DNA of 64,000 bases from Candidatus Doudnabacteria bacterium (GTDB lineage: Bacteria > Patescibacteriota > Doudnabacteria > UBA920 > O2-02-FULL-48-8): contig JACPKU010000004.1 of assembly GCA_016186915.1 (NCBI GenBank), positions 3,168 through 67,167 of the forward strand, read 5' to 3'. The notes below the pieces were generated by a model. It was given only the letters and a program-made list of their open reading frames with translations. It was not told where the DNA came from and did not search any database. Positions 63,073-64,000 of this stretch are shown here, piece after piece; within the stretch, counting starts at the first letter, position 1, and each line of letters opens with the position of its first letter. A program made the position numbers and the translations under genes.

Positions 63073-63858
63073 ATGAAACAAAAAGGTTCTAATTTAAAGC
63101 TGGTTCTAATTTTAACAATTCTTGGGTTGCTTGTCCTAATTTTAGGAAGTCAATTACCGTCCTACACTCGTTTAGCATTGGTTTTTTTAATACTACCTAC
63201 ACTTTTTGTTTTTCTCAAAAATGGGAATCATATAGACAAGAAAAAATTATTGGTCACATGCTTTTTAGCGATTATTGCTACCATAATTTGGGATAACATT
63301 GCTATAGAATTTAAAGTATGGGATTTTCCAATGGAAAGTGTTATAGGTTGGTTATTTGGAGCACCAATTGAGGAATATTTCTTCGCTTTTTGGATCGTTG
63401 CTATGAGTGTAGGTATCTACACTTCTCTACATAAAAAAAGAACGGTGATCAATGTCCCTCATTTTAAAATCGTTCCTTTAATAATGTTGGTAGCGGTATT
63501 ACAAATATTAGTACTATACTCTTTGATTTTTCATAATCCTGAGTCATACATAAAATGGCTATTGGTGTTTGCAATTATACCCTCCTTCTTTTATATTTTT
63601 AGAAAAGGTGAAAAAATAAGCTATCCTAAGCTTATTTTGACTGCATCCATTATGGGTTTGATTACGATCCCTTACGACTACATATTCATGTCTCATAGCT
63701 GGTATCATTATGACACTGCTATTATTGGACGCATCGTCGGAGTTCCTATTGATGATATTTTATTCAGCTTCTTTACTTCCATTACCATAATTGGATTCTA
63801 TACTTCAGTGCCACACAATCATCCCTTCACAGGTAAATGGTTGGACAAGGATATATAA
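63073..63858 (+). CDS. two-domain lycopene cyclase (CrtYc/Yd/CarR-type) membrane protein
   Basis: WDNIAI...WDF....G.PIEEYFF and YDYI....W.....GVPIDDILF repeats. Confidence 0.75.
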   Translation: MKQKGSNLKLVLILTILGLLVLILGSQLPSYTRLALVFLILPTLFVFLKNGNHIDKKKLLVTCFLAIIATIIWDNIAIEFKVWDFPMESVIGWLFGAPIEEYFFAFWIVAMSVGIYTSLHKKRTVINVPHFKIVPLIMLVAVLQILVLYSLIFHNPESYIKWLLVFAIIPSFFYIFRKGEKISYPKLILTASIMGLITIPYDYIFMSHSWYHYDTAIIGRIVGVPIDDILFSFFTSITIIGFYTSVPHNHPFTGKWLDKDI

Positions 63859-63919
63859 ATATCCCTAACCATAGCCAAAGTAGTTTTCCACCTGTCTCGA
63901 CTTGGCCTGCCAAATTAGA
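63856..63919. repeat. ~63-bp direct repeat, copy 2
   Basis: Near-identical to 62914-62976; overlaps the stop codon of the cyclase gene. Confidence 0.9.
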
Positions 63920-64000
63920 CAAGTTTATATATGAATTTTGAGCCGAATTTAGAAAAAACACACGAAGTATTATTCTCAGAGCCTCAAGGTCTGGTTTCGA

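Overview
Replication-origin region of a small-genome bacterium, most consistent with Patescibacteria/CPR (Parcubacteria/Doudnabacteria-like). This assignment is inferred from the short 4-domain S1, compact PolA, ValRS without the C-terminal coiled coil, Gmad2/VanW/DUF4446 genes, AT-rich starts without Shine-Dalgarno sites, and genetic code 11. The core is jag-yidC-yidD-rnpA-rpmH <> dnaA-oriC-dnaN-recF, plus gyrA, ruvABC, uvrB, a split polA, rpoBC, tyrS, valS (with T-box), tsaBDE, murE, PBP1A and 8 tRNAs. The most striking feature is a dense set of tiny palindromic and 7-mer-repeat elements from several families. They occur between genes and also in frame inside essential genes (murE, yidD, polA x3, uvrB x2, valS x3, tsaD x4 sites), alongside candidate mobiliser genes (a four-helix-bundle gene flanked by inverted heptamers, GIY-YIG, LAGLIDADG). 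Other highlights: an ASCH-like domain inserted in a ValRS zinc knuckle; a lycopene-cyclase gene bracketed by ~63-bp direct repeats; four GC-rich orphan single-gene units with their own promoter, Shine-Dalgarno and terminator; parS sites embedded in a coding sequence; a tRNA whose CCA end abuts an ATG; and several candidate structured ncRNAs. All family assignments come from motif recognition by eye; no database searches were run.
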